From positions 248,001 through 312,000 of IMG/VR virus record IMGVR_UViG_3300048591_000147: DNA of 64,000 nt; one strand, written 5' to 3'. Position numbers and translations under genes: made by a program. Positions 9,208-19,431 of this stretch are shown here, in pieces. Within the stretch, counting starts at the first letter, position 1. The number at the start of each line of letters is the position of its first letter. The notes under the pieces were generated by a model that ran no database searches, had not been told where the DNA came from, and saw only the letters and a program-made list of their open reading frames with translations.

Positions 9208-10284
9208 ATGAGCGTATTTACAAAATACAAAAAAGATTTAGCAAAGGTGTCTGGCGTTTCTATGGGTGATGGTATTCCAAAATTCTGGATTAATACTGGA
9301 AGTTTCGTTTTAAACAAGATCATATCAGGAAAGTATGACAGAGGTATTCCTCAAGGAAGATTAACGCTATTAACAGGACCATCGGGGTCTGGAAAGTCCT
9401 TCGTTCTCGCGAACATAATAGCATCTGCACAAAAAAGTGATTGCTCCGTTCTAGTAGTAGATACAGAAAACGCATTAGACTTTGATTATCTGAGTGCAGT
9501 AGGCGTTGATGTTACTCAGGAAGACTTCTTAAGAATCACTGTGAATGAGGTTAATACATGCTTAACAGCTATTAACACCATTCTCTCAGTGTACAGAGAA
9601 GCTGAGAAAAATGGTGAGCCGATGAAGAAGCTTATTATCTTTATAGATTCATTGGACTTTCTATTTTTGACGCATGCATTAGAAGCATATGAAAAAACGG
9701 GTGAATTAAATAATGATCAGGGATTACATGCCAAGAAATTAAAGCAGTTGTTAACTACATTGATGCAGGATATTCAAGAAATGCCAGTAGCAATTGTTGC
9801 CACAAAACAGGTGTATGTCGATCAAGATCCTAAAGCATTCCCACCATTCAAATTAACGGAATCGCTGAAATTCCCATTCTCTCAGATAATTCTATTATCT
9901 AGATACTTTGAAAGAGATGCGAAAACTAGAAGCATTGACGGTATCAGAATGAAGGCGTTCGGATGGAAGGTTAGATTTACAAAACCATTCCAACAAGTCG
10001 AATTGACAGTGCCGTATGATACTGGGTTAGATCCATACGATGGTATCTTATCAGCGGCTGTATCATTGGGTATCATTACTAAGAATGGGTCGTGGTATCA
10101 GTATAAAGGAAAGAATTTCTACTCAAAGGATTTCAATACGATTCAGGAAGAAATCTTAGCAATATTGATCTCTAGAGAATCGGAGTCATTATGCGTTCAA
10201 TTAGAAGGCGTAGAAGATTTACCAGCTTCGACACCAGACGACATAAAGAGACAGAAATTAGAAGAAATCTCGCTAAGAGACTAA
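9208..10284 (+). CDS. uvsX: RecA-like recombinase UvsX
   Basis: INTGSFVLN, GPSGSGKS, VDTENA, IFIDSL motifs. Confidence 0.93.
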   Translation: MSVFTKYKKDLAKVSGVSMGDGIPKFWINTGSFVLNKIISGKYDRGIPQGRLTLLTGPSGSGKSFVLANIIASAQKSDCSVLVVDTENALDFDYLSAVGVDVTQEDFLRITVNEVNTCLTAINTILSVYREAEKNGEPMKKLIIFIDSLDFLFLTHALEAYEKTGELNNDQGLHAKKLKQLLTTLMQDIQEMPVAIVATKQVYVDQDPKAFPPFKLTESLKFPFSQIILLSRYFERDAKTRSIDGIRMKAFGWKVRFTKPFQQVELTVPYDTGLDPYDGILSAAVSLGIITKNGSWYQYKGKNFYSKDFNTIQEEILAILISRESESLCVQLEGVEDLPASTPDDIKRQKLEEISLRD

Positions 10285-10302
10285 TTTTTAATCTAAATAT
10301 GC

Positions 10303-10337
10303 AAGGTGAGATGGATTAAGTTCCATCTCACCTTTTT
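10303..10337 (+). terminator. Rho-independent terminator
   Basis: AAGGTGAGATGGA/TCCATCTCACCTT 13-bp stem plus T tract. Confidence 0.85.
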
Positions 10338-10352
10338 CTGGGGATACATTAT

Positions 10353-10979
10353 ATGAGTGTTATACTAACGTCGTCTTTACTGTATAAAAGAGATTTTGAT
10401 TATGATGAGTTTACGCAAAACGTAATTAAAATCATTGCCGACAATATGGAAGCTGCAACAAAGTTGTTCATAAAAAAGAATAGAAGCATAACAATAAAAC
10501 AGATTGATTTGAAACCAGAGGTTCTACCGGGATACGCATTCATGCAATTGGGTGTTAAACCTAATCTGGGTGATGTAGTACTGATTAACAACATTGAGAT
10601 GTTGGTAGATGAAAGTAATATAAACAATATCTCACAAAATGTGCATGCGGTTATTTCGTTAAAGGCTCTAGATAGTAACTCTTCGTTGATAATGTACAAG
10701 AATTTGTGTGACGTCAAAGTTATTTTAGAATCCTCTAAAGAGGATTCAGTGGCTAAGTTACTCCAGCTAGATTTAATAGAGATGAAGGAAACTCCAGAAC
10801 TCGTTAATAAGGTTCATGTAGAGATATTGGAGAATCCAGAATTTATAAATTTATTGGAAGTTTTGACTAATCCACCCGAACTGGATATAATGGGTTTTGA
10901 TAAATCAAAATTGACAAAGACGCAAATAGATTTGCTGAATATAAGAAAGATAATACAACAGGACACATTAATATCATGA
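10353..10979 (+). CDS. Hypothetical protein
   Basis: 208-aa ORF between uvsX and uvsY. Confidence 0.7.
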   Translation: MSVILTSSLLYKRDFDYDEFTQNVIKIIADNMEAATKLFIKKNRSITIKQIDLKPEVLPGYAFMQLGVKPNLGDVVLINNIEMLVDESNINNISQNVHAVISLKALDSNSSLIMYKNLCDVKVILESSKEDSVAKLLQLDLIEMKETPELVNKVHVEILENPEFINLLEVLTNPPELDIMGFDKSKLTKTQIDLLNIRKIIQQDTLIS

Positions 10980-11440
10980 GTATCTTAGACGTCTTAAATG
11001 ACGACCTATCCAATATAAATCAGGTTTTATCCGCATATGGTGATCTTTTCACGGAAGCAAAAGCGGACATATCAATCAATAATAAAACCTTGCAACAAGC
11101 TAACATGGAACAGCCATCAAACTATGCCAGATTCGATCAGATAAGGGTTGAGTTAGAGATCATAATGGAACTAGCTGATCTAAAGGTTAGCCAAGTAAGA
11201 GCGCAGGCAATGCGTCAGATTATAAAGGATGACTCAAAGCATTATGGTGAGCGTATGTTGGACAAGATGATTGATGAGAATCCATCTTACTTAAAGTATT
11301 ATAAAATTTACTTAAGGTGTAAAGAGATGTATACGAAATCAAAGTCCATCGTGGAATCAATGTCTCAGAGAGGATATTCTCTTAACAATATAACAAAGAT
11401 TAAGGTAGCAGCATTGGAAGATACTGTACTGTATGATTAA
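10976..11440 (+). CDS. uvsY: Recombination mediator UvsY-like
   Basis: Helical 154-aa protein ending in RGYSLNNITKIKVAALED; sits between uvsX and uvsW. Confidence 0.75.
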   Translation: MSILDVLNDDLSNINQVLSAYGDLFTEAKADISINNKTLQQANMEQPSNYARFDQIRVELEIIMELADLKVSQVRAQAMRQIIKDDSKHYGERMLDKMIDENPSYLKYYKIYLRCKEMYTKSKSIVESMSQRGYSLNNITKIKVAALEDTVLYD

Positions 11441-12941
11441 GACTGTTACCGTAACATATTTGGATGAAGTTAGATGTTTGTTCAGTGGTATAGCGCCAGA
11501 CCACATGAAAACGCTGTGGCAGGAATATGGTATATTCGCGCCTAAGTATTTCTTTAATCCAAATTACAAACTGAAACGATGGGATGGTAAGAAGCGATTC
11601 TTTAGTGAGACTGGGATAACATTTATAACGCTATTACCAGAAATAATAGAGTTCTTACAGCAGCAGGGATATACCAGCTTTGCTGTTAGAGATAAGCGCA
11701 AGAAATTTGAAATAGAACTAGAACATATCACCGCAGATTATTTTTCACATAAACAGATAACCTTAGCAGACCATCAAGTTGCAGCCATTAATGCGCTGTT
11801 TGATAACTATGGTGGAGTATTGAGAGCGGGTACGGGTGCTGGTAAAACCATAATAACCGCCGCACTGTGTGATAAATTTAATCAAAAAAATCTCAATGCC
11901 ATTGTTATCGTACCAAACTATGATCTGGTGCTACAGACAGTTGCCGCGTTTCAGCGATGTGGTGTAGATGTCGGTGAATTTTCTGGAAAGAAAAAAGACG
12001 TCGAGCATGCCAATGTCATAAGTACTTGGCAGGCATTGCAAAACAATTCCGATGTATTGAAGTTATTCAATGTTTTGATATTGGATGAATGTCAAGGTAT
12101 TGGCGGAAACGTATTACAGAAGCTTATCACAGAAGACGGCAAACACATGCCAATTCGCATTGGTATGACTGCAACGATTCCAGACGATGAATGTAATCGC
12201 TTAACCCTTAAATGTAACATAGGCGATATCGTATATGAAGTTACCGCTGGAGAGTTGATAGAAAAGGGTTGGTTGTCTGATGTCCATATTAATTGCATAA
12301 CTCTTAAAGAGGATCTTACATATGAATATAAAAAATTCAAAAGAGACAATCCAGAAGCTGACATCTCATATGCTGAATATTTTGATGGATACTTTCCAGA
12401 CTTCGCATCTGAAATGGGATACTGTGTCAAGAGTGAGAATAGAAACTTAAAAATATCTGAGTTGGTCACTAATTGTATTGATAATACGGGCAACGTGCTA
12501 ATAATACTTAACTCCGTCAAACACGGAAAACATTTAGAACATTTAATACCCGGATCAGTATTCGTATATGGAAGCACCAAAACGAAAGATCGCACAAGGA
12601 CGTATGCTTCCTATAAGGATAATGATAACATCATTATGATTAGTACATATAAGCTGGTGCAGGCTGGACTAGATGTTCCACGAATCTATAATTTATTCCT
12701 GATAGATGCTGGAAAGAGTTTCGTCCGCACCGTTCAATCTATTGGTAGAGGATTGAGAAAGGCTGAAGACAAAGTACACATCGAAGTGTTTGATATACAC
12801 TCCAATTTTAAATATTCCACAGAGCATTTGAAAGAGCGAATCAAACATTATAAAGCTGAGAAGTTTCCATATAGTAAAGTTTCCGTAAATTTACCGCCAG
12901 TAACAAGACCAATTATAGATTCCGCTATTGACTTTGATTAA
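11433..12941 (+). CDS. uvsW: SF2 DNA helicase UvsW
   Basis: WDGKKRFF, GTGAGKT, LILDECQ, GMTAT, QSIGRGLR. Confidence 0.93.
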   Translation: MIKTVTVTYLDEVRCLFSGIAPDHMKTLWQEYGIFAPKYFFNPNYKLKRWDGKKRFFSETGITFITLLPEIIEFLQQQGYTSFAVRDKRKKFEIELEHITADYFSHKQITLADHQVAAINALFDNYGGVLRAGTGAGKTIITAALCDKFNQKNLNAIVIVPNYDLVLQTVAAFQRCGVDVGEFSGKKKDVEHANVISTWQALQNNSDVLKLFNVLILDECQGIGGNVLQKLITEDGKHMPIRIGMTATIPDDECNRLTLKCNIGDIVYEVTAGELIEKGWLSDVHINCITLKEDLTYEYKKFKRDNPEADISYAEYFDGYFPDFASEMGYCVKSENRNLKISELVTNCIDNTGNVLIILNSVKHGKHLEHLIPGSVFVYGSTKTKDRTRTYASYKDNDNIIMISTYKLVQAGLDVPRIYNLFLIDAGKSFVRTVQSIGRGLRKAEDKVHIEVFDIHSNFKYSTEHLKERIKHYKAEKFPYSKVSVNLPPVTRPIIDSAIDFD

Positions 12942-12980
12942 TTTTTTTGATATATTGATATTAAATACGGATAACAGTAA

Positions 12981-13466
12981 ATGATAATTTCAGACGATAA
13001 TTCAAAACCAATTCTTATTGACGATTTGGAAAGTCCAATACGCAGTAATTATTTTTGGACACTAAATCTAACGGATTTGGACTTCAAATTAGCAAAGATA
13101 AAAATGCTTGAATGTATTAATACTCCAGCCTTAGTGCTAGATGTTTTGGGATATGTTATAAAAGTGCCAGCAAGCTGGCACTTTCTTATCTCTTCTGAAG
13201 ACACACACGCACTAGATACTGCTTTAGTCTCGGACTTAACTAAAGGTATGTTTACAGGTCTTGTAATCAATCACAAGACAATGAATGTTAACTATATACC
13301 TATAAGATGTATAGATTATTTACCATCGGTGAACATTTATACTGTCGCATTGCATAGAAATCAAATGATATGCCATGCTCTTGGGGCTAACTATTGGGTA
13401 TGTTTGTCTGGTATAGACGTATACAATAAGTATTTGAAAAAATTAACAGTATGGGATATATTATGA
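12981..13466 (+). CDS. Hypothetical beta-rich protein following uvsW
   Basis: 161-aa ORF; fold not assigned with confidence. Confidence 0.6.
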   Translation: MIISDDNSKPILIDDLESPIRSNYFWTLNLTDLDFKLAKIKMLECINTPALVLDVLGYVIKVPASWHFLISSEDTHALDTALVSDLTKGMFTGLVINHKTMNVNYIPIRCIDYLPSVNIYTVALHRNQMICHALGANYWVCLSGIDVYNKYLKKLTVWDIL

Positions 13467-13774
13467 CAGTTTCAGAATTTAAAATTTGGTTAGAAGGTGT
13501 AATGGCATTTCAGGAAGCAAATTGGAAGCCAACCGCGAAACAATGGGATCTTATTTTTCAAAAGATAAAAGATCTACAAGATGGCGGTAGACCACAACAA
13601 TTTGCCCAACAACATCCAGCACCGTATCCACAACGACCACTGTTACAAGAACATCCACAATACGAGCAGGAAGTTGTGAGAATACCCGCGCCACAGATCC
13701 AGCCTTTGGATTACGACCCATCGTTGGTCCCTAAGATGGGTGAAGGTAAATACGTTTCTGAATTTGACGTATAA
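13463..13774 (+). CDS. Hypothetical protein (P/Q-rich C-terminus)
   Basis: ATGA overlap with the upstream stop; begins MTVSEFKIWLEG. Confidence 0.65.
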   Translation: MTVSEFKIWLEGVMAFQEANWKPTAKQWDLIFQKIKDLQDGGRPQQFAQQHPAPYPQRPLLQEHPQYEQEVVRIPAPQIQPLDYDPSLVPKMGEGKYVSEFDV

Positions 13775-14335
13775 ATGTATTCTGAACTGGCTAATAGGAT
13801 CTTATGGTATGATGGTAAATCGTCAATGGATATTGACGATATAGTGCGTATGATATTGAATAATGAATCTATAGCCGATGTAAATTGTTTAGAATACGAC
13901 TACGAAGTTGAGATGTATAATAAATTGCCTAACTGTGATCTACAAGTCAAGTACGGTAATGAAGACATAAAGGCCGATTGGAACATACCAGACAAGTATA
14001 AAGAAATTAGTCTTCGTGAATATATCTTAGACAAGGCAGCGGCACACAACTTGAATAAAGATCTAGAATACATTAAGAAGAGTAACGAAAGGATAGATTA
14101 CGAATTACGCTTAATATCTGACATGAATTTGGTTGGACTATTTCAATGTATATTGTACTTAATCGATGTATTCATAGAACAAGGCATCGTGTGGGGAGTT
14201 GGGCGCGGTAGCTCATGCGCTAGTTATATATTGTATCTGATGGATCTCCATTGTGTAGATTCGATTCAATACGATATACCAGCGAACGAGTTCTATAAAG
14301 AAGTTATAAATAAGGTACACAATGAAGGCGAATAA
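13775..14335 (+). CDS. dnaE: DNA polymerase III alpha (DnaE)-like N-terminal palm fragment
   Basis: RIDYELRLI...GIVWGVGRGSSCASYILYLMDLHCVDSIQYDI matches the DnaE GRGS region. Confidence 0.85.
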   Translation: MYSELANRILWYDGKSSMDIDDIVRMILNNESIADVNCLEYDYEVEMYNKLPNCDLQVKYGNEDIKADWNIPDKYKEISLREYILDKAAAHNLNKDLEYIKKSNERIDYELRLISDMNLVGLFQCILYLIDVFIEQGIVWGVGRGSSCASYILYLMDLHCVDSIQYDIPANEFYKEVINKVHNEGE

Positions 14336-14340
14336 GAGAT

Positions 14341-14730
14341 ATGAGTAAGAAAATTGTAAAGTCATTACGTGGTGAAGATGTGGATTTTGATATGCTGCGT
14401 ATTAAGTCTGATTTAGGCGCGATACCTGAAACCGCAGACGTAAAGTTCAGAGAGAATATTATTCAATCTAGACGTAGAAGAAAGAATTCTTCTAAGCGAA
14501 AAGTCAAAGACATGCTGGCTCAGCAACAGATTAATCAAAAGGCTGTTATGATAGGGCTAGAAAAGCAGCGCAAACAGCGTGCAGACGAAGGCGTTAAACC
14601 TGTCGATGAGTTAGCGGTTCCAGTACTTGAGCTTGACACAAGTGTGGTAGATACCGAGAGTACAGAAACAAAAGAAAACTTCAATAGAAAAATAAGGAAA
14701 AATCAATCTAATGGACCTATCAGCGATTAA
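14341..14730 (+). CDS. Hypothetical protein
   Basis: 129-aa ORF with RBS, begins MSKKIVKSLRGEDVDFDML. Confidence 0.65.
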   Translation: MSKKIVKSLRGEDVDFDMLRIKSDLGAIPETADVKFRENIIQSRRRRKNSSKRKVKDMLAQQQINQKAVMIGLEKQRKQRADEGVKPVDELAVPVLELDTSVVDTESTETKENFNRKIRKNQSNGPISD

Positions 14731-15019
14731 GAATCATATATTATTTGAGTTTAGTGATCAAGTAATTAATAAAGCGTTTGCAAATGAAACAACTTGGGGC
14801 TTCACAGTTTTAGATAGAAATGAAGACGTTAAGTTGGCGAGATGGGCTAAGGTTTTGGCTTGTGGACCAGATGTCAATTCAGACATCAACGTAGGTGATT
14901 ATATTTACATAGAGCCATTAGCATGGACTACTAAAGTAGCAATCAACAAGAAGGATTACTGGATGACCAATGATACGAAGGTATTATTAGTATCCGATGA
15001 GTTACCCAAAGCACTTTAA
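14711..15019 (+). CDS. groES: GroES-like co-chaperonin
   Basis: About 100 aa with AKVLACGPDV...VGDYIY pattern. Confidence 0.7.
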   Translation: MDLSAIKNHILFEFSDQVINKAFANETTWGFTVLDRNEDVKLARWAKVLACGPDVNSDINVGDYIYIEPLAWTTKVAINKKDYWMTNDTKVLLVSDELPKAL

Positions 15020-15032
15020 CATTGTTTAACAT

Positions 15033-15074
15033 AATTAGCCCCCTAGATTGATAACTCTTTCTAGGGGGCTAATT
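15033..15074 (+). terminator. Long hairpin / terminator
   Basis: Perfect 15-bp inverted repeat AATTAGCCCCCTAGA/TCTAGGGGGCTAATT with a 12-nt loop. Confidence 0.75.
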
Positions 15075-15096
15075 TATTGTAAAGTCCGTTTATGTA

Positions 15097-15126
15097 TTGA
15101 CATATATGTCCCGGATATTGTAAAGT
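15097..15126 (+). promoter_or_regulatory. Sigma70-like promoter
   Basis: TTGACA-18-TAAAGT upstream of the clamp loader gene. Confidence 0.55.
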
Positions 15127-15154
15127 ACTCTCCACAATGTAGAGAGATAACTGA

Positions 15155-16105
15155 ATGAGTAAGAAAATATGGTCATTGTCATATAGACCACGCAAAATAG
15201 AAGATTATGTATTTTCATCACAACATACCAAAGATATAATCGAAGGCTTCATCAAAAACAAGAGCATCCCACACCTAATGTTTTATGGTAGTCCGGGGAC
15301 TGGTAAGACTACTTTGGCGTTCTTACTAAAAGAATATCTTGGGGTGGACGACTCAGACTTTCTTTTCCTGAATGCATCGAAAGATAATTCGGTCGATGTA
15401 ATAAGAACACGAGTAACAGACTTTATAACTACGTGCTGTATATCAGAGTCTGGATTCAAAATAGTGTTATTGGATGAAGGTGATGCACTGACTAAAGCCG
15501 CTCAAGACACATTGAGATCAATGATGGAGACTTATGAGGATAACGCTAGATTCATCCTCTGCTGTAATTATCCACACAAGATAACCGACCCACTAAAGTC
15601 AAGATTTCAGGGTATTGAATTCAACTCAATCGACAAAGAACAGATGTTCGTCAAGACGGTTGAAATCCTCCAACAGGCTGGTGTCACTATAGACGAATCT
15701 ACGTTAGACATTGTGGAAAAACAGCTAATAGCAGATTATCCAGATTTCCGAAAGTTGCTAAACAGCTTACAGAAGAACACCATTAACAATGTGTTGGTTG
15801 ACTGTGAACAGGCGGAAGACGCATCCATGATGGATAAGATAACGCTGTTTGACATCGTTACTGCGACAAGTGCCATAGACTGGTCAAACGTTAGAGATAA
15901 TGTCGTGACCAATATCAGTGACTCCGACTTCCTAGAATATTATCGATTCTTCTATGACCATCTACACGAGTCTGACAAGTTTAAGGACGTGAATAAATGG
16001 AAAGCCGGGATAGTCATCATAGCTGATCACCTATATAAGCACTCGCTTGTGGCTGATCAAGAAATAAATTTCACGGCAATGTTAGTACGAATTAACGGAG
16101 TATAA
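15155..16105 (+). CDS. 44: Clamp loader large subunit (gp44/RFC-like)
   Basis: YRPRKIEDY, GSPGTGKTT, LNAS, IVLLDEGD, SRF. Confidence 0.93.
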   Translation: MSKKIWSLSYRPRKIEDYVFSSQHTKDIIEGFIKNKSIPHLMFYGSPGTGKTTLAFLLKEYLGVDDSDFLFLNASKDNSVDVIRTRVTDFITTCCISESGFKIVLLDEGDALTKAAQDTLRSMMETYEDNARFILCCNYPHKITDPLKSRFQGIEFNSIDKEQMFVKTVEILQQAGVTIDESTLDIVEKQLIADYPDFRKLLNSLQKNTINNVLVDCEQAEDASMMDKITLFDIVTATSAIDWSNVRDNVVTNISDSDFLEYYRFFYDHLHESDKFKDVNKWKAGIVIIADHLYKHSLVADQEINFTAMLVRINGV

Positions 16106-16106
16106 G

Positions 16107-16430
16107 ATGTCAAATTTAGAAGATACATATAAAAAAGATATAGATCCAGCCAAGCTGAAAATCATACGCTCTCATATGGAGAAGGCAGATATACTGTCAT
16201 GGCGTCGTAAGAAAGAAAAAATGGAAAAGATGATTGAAGAGGAAATTCAACCAATAGAAGACGACATCTTAGCTTTGATACTTAAAAAGCAACCGTATAT
16301 GGATGAACTACTCGGCCTTCGTTCTACCATGGTAGAAACGTGTATCCATCCAGAAGATCTTTTAGTGGAATATGATGACGGTACACTGTTTTGCAACTTT
16401 TGTAATAAGAGACTGAAAATTCATGGCTAA
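16107..16430 (+). CDS. Hypothetical protein with C-terminal Cys/His motif
   Basis: CIHP...CNFC. Confidence 0.6.
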   Translation: MSNLEDTYKKDIDPAKLKIIRSHMEKADILSWRRKKEKMEKMIEEEIQPIEDDILALILKKQPYMDELLGLRSTMVETCIHPEDLLVEYDDGTLFCNFCNKRLKIHG

Positions 16431-16863
16431 AAAAATAGACATATTCGAAGTATTGAGAAAGATAGATGCTTGCGATATTGCTTATTTTCAGAATCTGGAT
16501 GAAGAGGAAATGAAATCTGTTCAACCATTAGTTATCATGCGATGGATGTCAGGGACGAAAGATTCAACACAGATTCAAAGGATCAATGCGCTTACTAACT
16601 CATTCGTGTTCTCTTTGCAGAAAGAGAAAATGCTGTTAATAAAGTTGTTGATGGCGTCTTCCACTTCTAAGAAAACGTACAAGTGGTATGGTAAGAAGTC
16701 TTCAGTCATTCTCCCTAAATCAAACGTGGAGATTGTCATGGACTATTACACATGTTCGAAGAAAGAGGCTGTAGAAGCTGTTAAACTGCTGAGTAAGGAT
16801 GATATACTAGCGCTAGCGATTGAGTTGGGTTACCAAAAAGAAGATATGACTGGTATAAAATGA
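16423..16863 (+). CDS. 62: Clamp loader small subunit (gp62-like)
   Basis: Helical protein with PLVIMRWMS and YYTCSKKEA...LLS pattern, near gp44. Confidence 0.6.
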   Translation: MAKKIDIFEVLRKIDACDIAYFQNLDEEEMKSVQPLVIMRWMSGTKDSTQIQRINALTNSFVFSLQKEKMLLIKLLMASSTSKKTYKWYGKKSSVILPKSNVEIVMDYYTCSKKEAVEAVKLLSKDDILALAIELGYQKEDMTGIK

Positions 16864-17531
16864 AGATAAAATGTGATTTTTGTGAGTACGTTTTTAAAAG
16901 CGAACAAGACGGTAAAGATCATTCTTGTAAATATTCCGAACGCTTCCAGAAAGTAAGGACGCTTACCGGGCTATTGGCCTTCGATTTGTATAAATCGTGG
17001 AGGCAAAAGAAGGGGTTCTTCACTGGTGACGAATCGACCTTTATCATGTCAAAATATTTTACGGTATTCTTTAATCTTGGTGAATTCATGAACAAGAAGT
17101 CCATACCACTGCGCCAGCATTACTTAGACTTCTGTATAAAAGCTACCTTACTGCCCAACAATTGGTATTCAGAAACAGTCTACATGGAATACCTAATGAC
17201 ATTCGACAATGAGGTAGACCCAGAATTACAGTACAAGATTAGTAAGAAGACGATAAACTCATTGGCTGATATGATTGATTGTCAGCCGAATCAGGTTTTA
17301 CACTACCTGAATTTTGATGAAATTGCTAAATTGGTGTATACGAAGAATCTGTCACCATGGTTTTTGCTCTTCAGTAAGGTATTCAATCATATCTATAAAA
17401 ATAAATTAACAAACGAAGAACGTATCCTGTGTGATAGATTGATAAATCGTGATGTATGGGTAGAGAAGTTAAGAGCCAACCGGGAAACTTCACAAACTAT
17501 AATCAATTTGATAAAAGAGGATTCGTTTTAA
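16860..17531 (+). CDS. Hypothetical protein with N-terminal zinc finger
   Basis: CDFC...HSC at the N-terminus. Confidence 0.65.
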   Translation: MKIKCDFCEYVFKSEQDGKDHSCKYSERFQKVRTLTGLLAFDLYKSWRQKKGFFTGDESTFIMSKYFTVFFNLGEFMNKKSIPLRQHYLDFCIKATLLPNNWYSETVYMEYLMTFDNEVDPELQYKISKKTINSLADMIDCQPNQVLHYLNFDEIAKLVYTKNLSPWFLLFSKVFNHIYKNKLTNEERILCDRLINRDVWVEKLRANRETSQTIINLIKEDSF

Positions 17532-17543
17532 TCGTAACTGGAC

Positions 17544-17567
17544 ATAAATACATCTGATAAATAAATA
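17544..17567 (+). promoter_or_regulatory. Stacked T4-like late promoters
   Basis: ATAAATA at 17544, 17557 and 17561 immediately upstream of a structural gene block. Confidence 0.65.
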
Positions 17568-17584
17568 AAATTCAGGGATTTTTA

Positions 17585-19411
17585 ATGGCCAGTTGCAATG
17601 ACAATACATATGTGGTTAGATTTACGGACCCAATCAGAGGCACTATATCAGTTGGTAAGAATGCACTAATCACTGATGAAGCTGACGTTGCGTTTCCGGG
17701 GAAATCTAGATTGGAGTATGGTGAAATTTTCAATGAGAATGTTTTACACATGCTCGAAAATTTCGCATGTTCAGAAGATGAAGCCAACCCCGGTAATCCA
17801 GATTTAGATGTAGCGTATGGTGCATTATTACAACTGCCAGTGTATGGCCAGTTCTGGTTAAATACAACACAAGGTAGATTATATTTTTGGGATGATACTA
17901 ATTGGGTGCCATTTGGATTGTCAGATGACATCTATGGTAACGCTGGTGTTATCTTTAATGGTGAATTCATCCCAGTTCCAGTAAGCCCGGTAACAGGATT
18001 GCCTTTTGACACAGCAGAATGTATGTTCGTTGTTTCACCGTTTTACACACCAGAAGAAACAGATTATATAGAATGCACTGTAAATCGTCTAACTGGACAA
18101 GTGTCATCGCATTATAGACTGGCAAGCGGTGGTGGATTAGTAGATGCTTGTGCAAACTATTTAGTGTTAGCTATCAGAGGTAACGTAAATCTAGGTACGG
18201 ATGCTTGTAGTGTATTAGCAGTTCCAACTGCCACACCGACACCGACACCGACCATAACACCATCTGTGACCACTACAGTAACTCCTACGATCACCCCTAC
18301 GTTGACACCAACAATCACAACAACTGTGACTCCTACAGTTACTCCGACTATTACAATATCTCCATCACCGGGGTCATCGCCAACACCAACACCAACTATT
18401 ACTCCAACTGTGACGCCAACTATATCTGTGACGCCTACTCTTGGATTAACTCCAACTGTGACGCCAACTATATCTGTGACGCCAACTATATCTGTGACGC
18501 CAACTATATCTGTGACGCCAACTATATCGGCGCCAGCAGCGTCACCACCAGCATTAGGACCATTTGGCGCCTCTGCCGGTGGCGGTCTAATATCACCAAG
18601 TTGTGGCGTATATTATCCTTCTACTAGCACACCAATCGGATCTGGTAGTTTGGTTTATAATAGTATTTCGCATATATTAACTGGTAGAGGTTCAGGTGCT
18701 ATAGCAGGTGGAGTAGGTTGCCCTACAACATCTACATATAGTGGTGGTATAACATTTACTGCGTCTGGCGGCACCCGTGTCGGTCCAACTGGGCCGTTCT
18801 ACTCTTGGACATTAACAGGGGTGGCTAGTGGCTCAGCGGCGATTAATGTTACAAAACTTGTTTACGGTGTAAACAATAATAAATGTGGTATCAATGTCAG
18901 TTCGTCTGGACCAGACGGATCATTCGGATCATGGCAAGGTACATTAACATTGGAAGCTAGATCAGCGTTGCATTTGCCGCCTACGCATACATTAGATATA
19001 GATATAGATATAGTTATTAATCACACTGGGGCTACGGCCCTGATAGTGTCTCCATCCATTACAAACACCGATTCTGCTTGTGGGCCAGCACCTGTTTCAG
19101 GTTGGAGACACAGTTTTAGTGGTTCCTTGGGCGGTACAATAACAGGCGGTATTTATCGTGAGATAATAGCTCAATCATTAACAACCTCTCCGGGCTACAC
19201 AATCAATTCTGGGTGGACTGCATCACTAATTGGTAATAATATTGTGAGCCCCGGTTTTACTGGTTATGGACCAACTAATAATTCAGGCGCGTGTGGTGAC
19301 ACCGGAACGATTACGATCTATGTAACGTTCTCGGTGACCGCTACTGATGGATTAGGCAACACAGCAACCAATACACGTCAAGTTCCTATAATATTGCAGA
19401 ACACCCCATAA
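17585..19411 (+). CDS. Tail/baseplate-associated protein with Pro/Thr-rich linker (paralog 1)
   Basis: YGEIFNENVLHMLENFA...GQFWLNT N-terminal domain, ~100-aa TP-rich tract, G/S/T-rich C-terminal domain. Confidence 0.65.
   Translation: MASCNDNTYVVRFTDPIRGTISVGKNALITDEADVAFPGKSRLEYGEIFNENVLHMLENFACSEDEANPGNPDLDVAYGALLQLPVYGQFWLNTTQGRLYFWDDTNWVPFGLSDDIYGNAGVIFNGEFIPVPVSPVTGLPFDTAECMFVVSPFYTPEETDYIECTVNRLTGQVSSHYRLASGGGLVDACANYLVLAIRGNVNLGTDACSVLAVPTATPTPTPTITPSVTTTVTPTITPTLTPTITTTVTPTVTPTITISPSPGSSPTPTPTITPTVTPTISVTPTLGLTPTVTPTISVTPTISVTPTISVTPTISAPAASPPALGPFGASAGGGLISPSCGVYYPSTSTPIGSGSLVYNSISHILTGRGSGAIAGGVGCPTTSTYSGGITFTASGGTRVGPTGPFYSWTLTGVASGSAAINVTKLVYGVNNNKCGINVSSSGPDGSFGSWQGTLTLEARSALHLPPTHTLDIDIDIVINHTGATALIVSPSITNTDSACGPAPVSGWRHSFSGSLGGTITGGIYREIIAQSLTTSPGYTINSGWTASLIGNNIVSPGFTGYGPTNNSGACGDTGTITIYVTFSVTATDGLGNTATNTRQVPIILQNTP
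18410..18529 (+). repeat. 18-bp coding tandem repeat (VTPTIS)
   Basis: GTGACGCCAACTATATCT at 18410, then four tandem copies at 18458-18529 (last ends in G). Confidence 0.95.
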
Positions 19412-19431
19412 TTGAGAATGAAGAGAATTAA

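Noticed and set aside
8761-12595. Long antisense ORFs (8761-9153, 12092-12595; likewise 23989-24294, 46074-46484, 47214-47546, 57694-58089)
   Set aside because: Shadows of well-supported genes on the opposite strand, with no RBS or motifs.
18410-18529. CRISPR-like array
   Set aside because: The 18-bp units are contiguous without unique spacers and are in-frame coding (VTPTIS).
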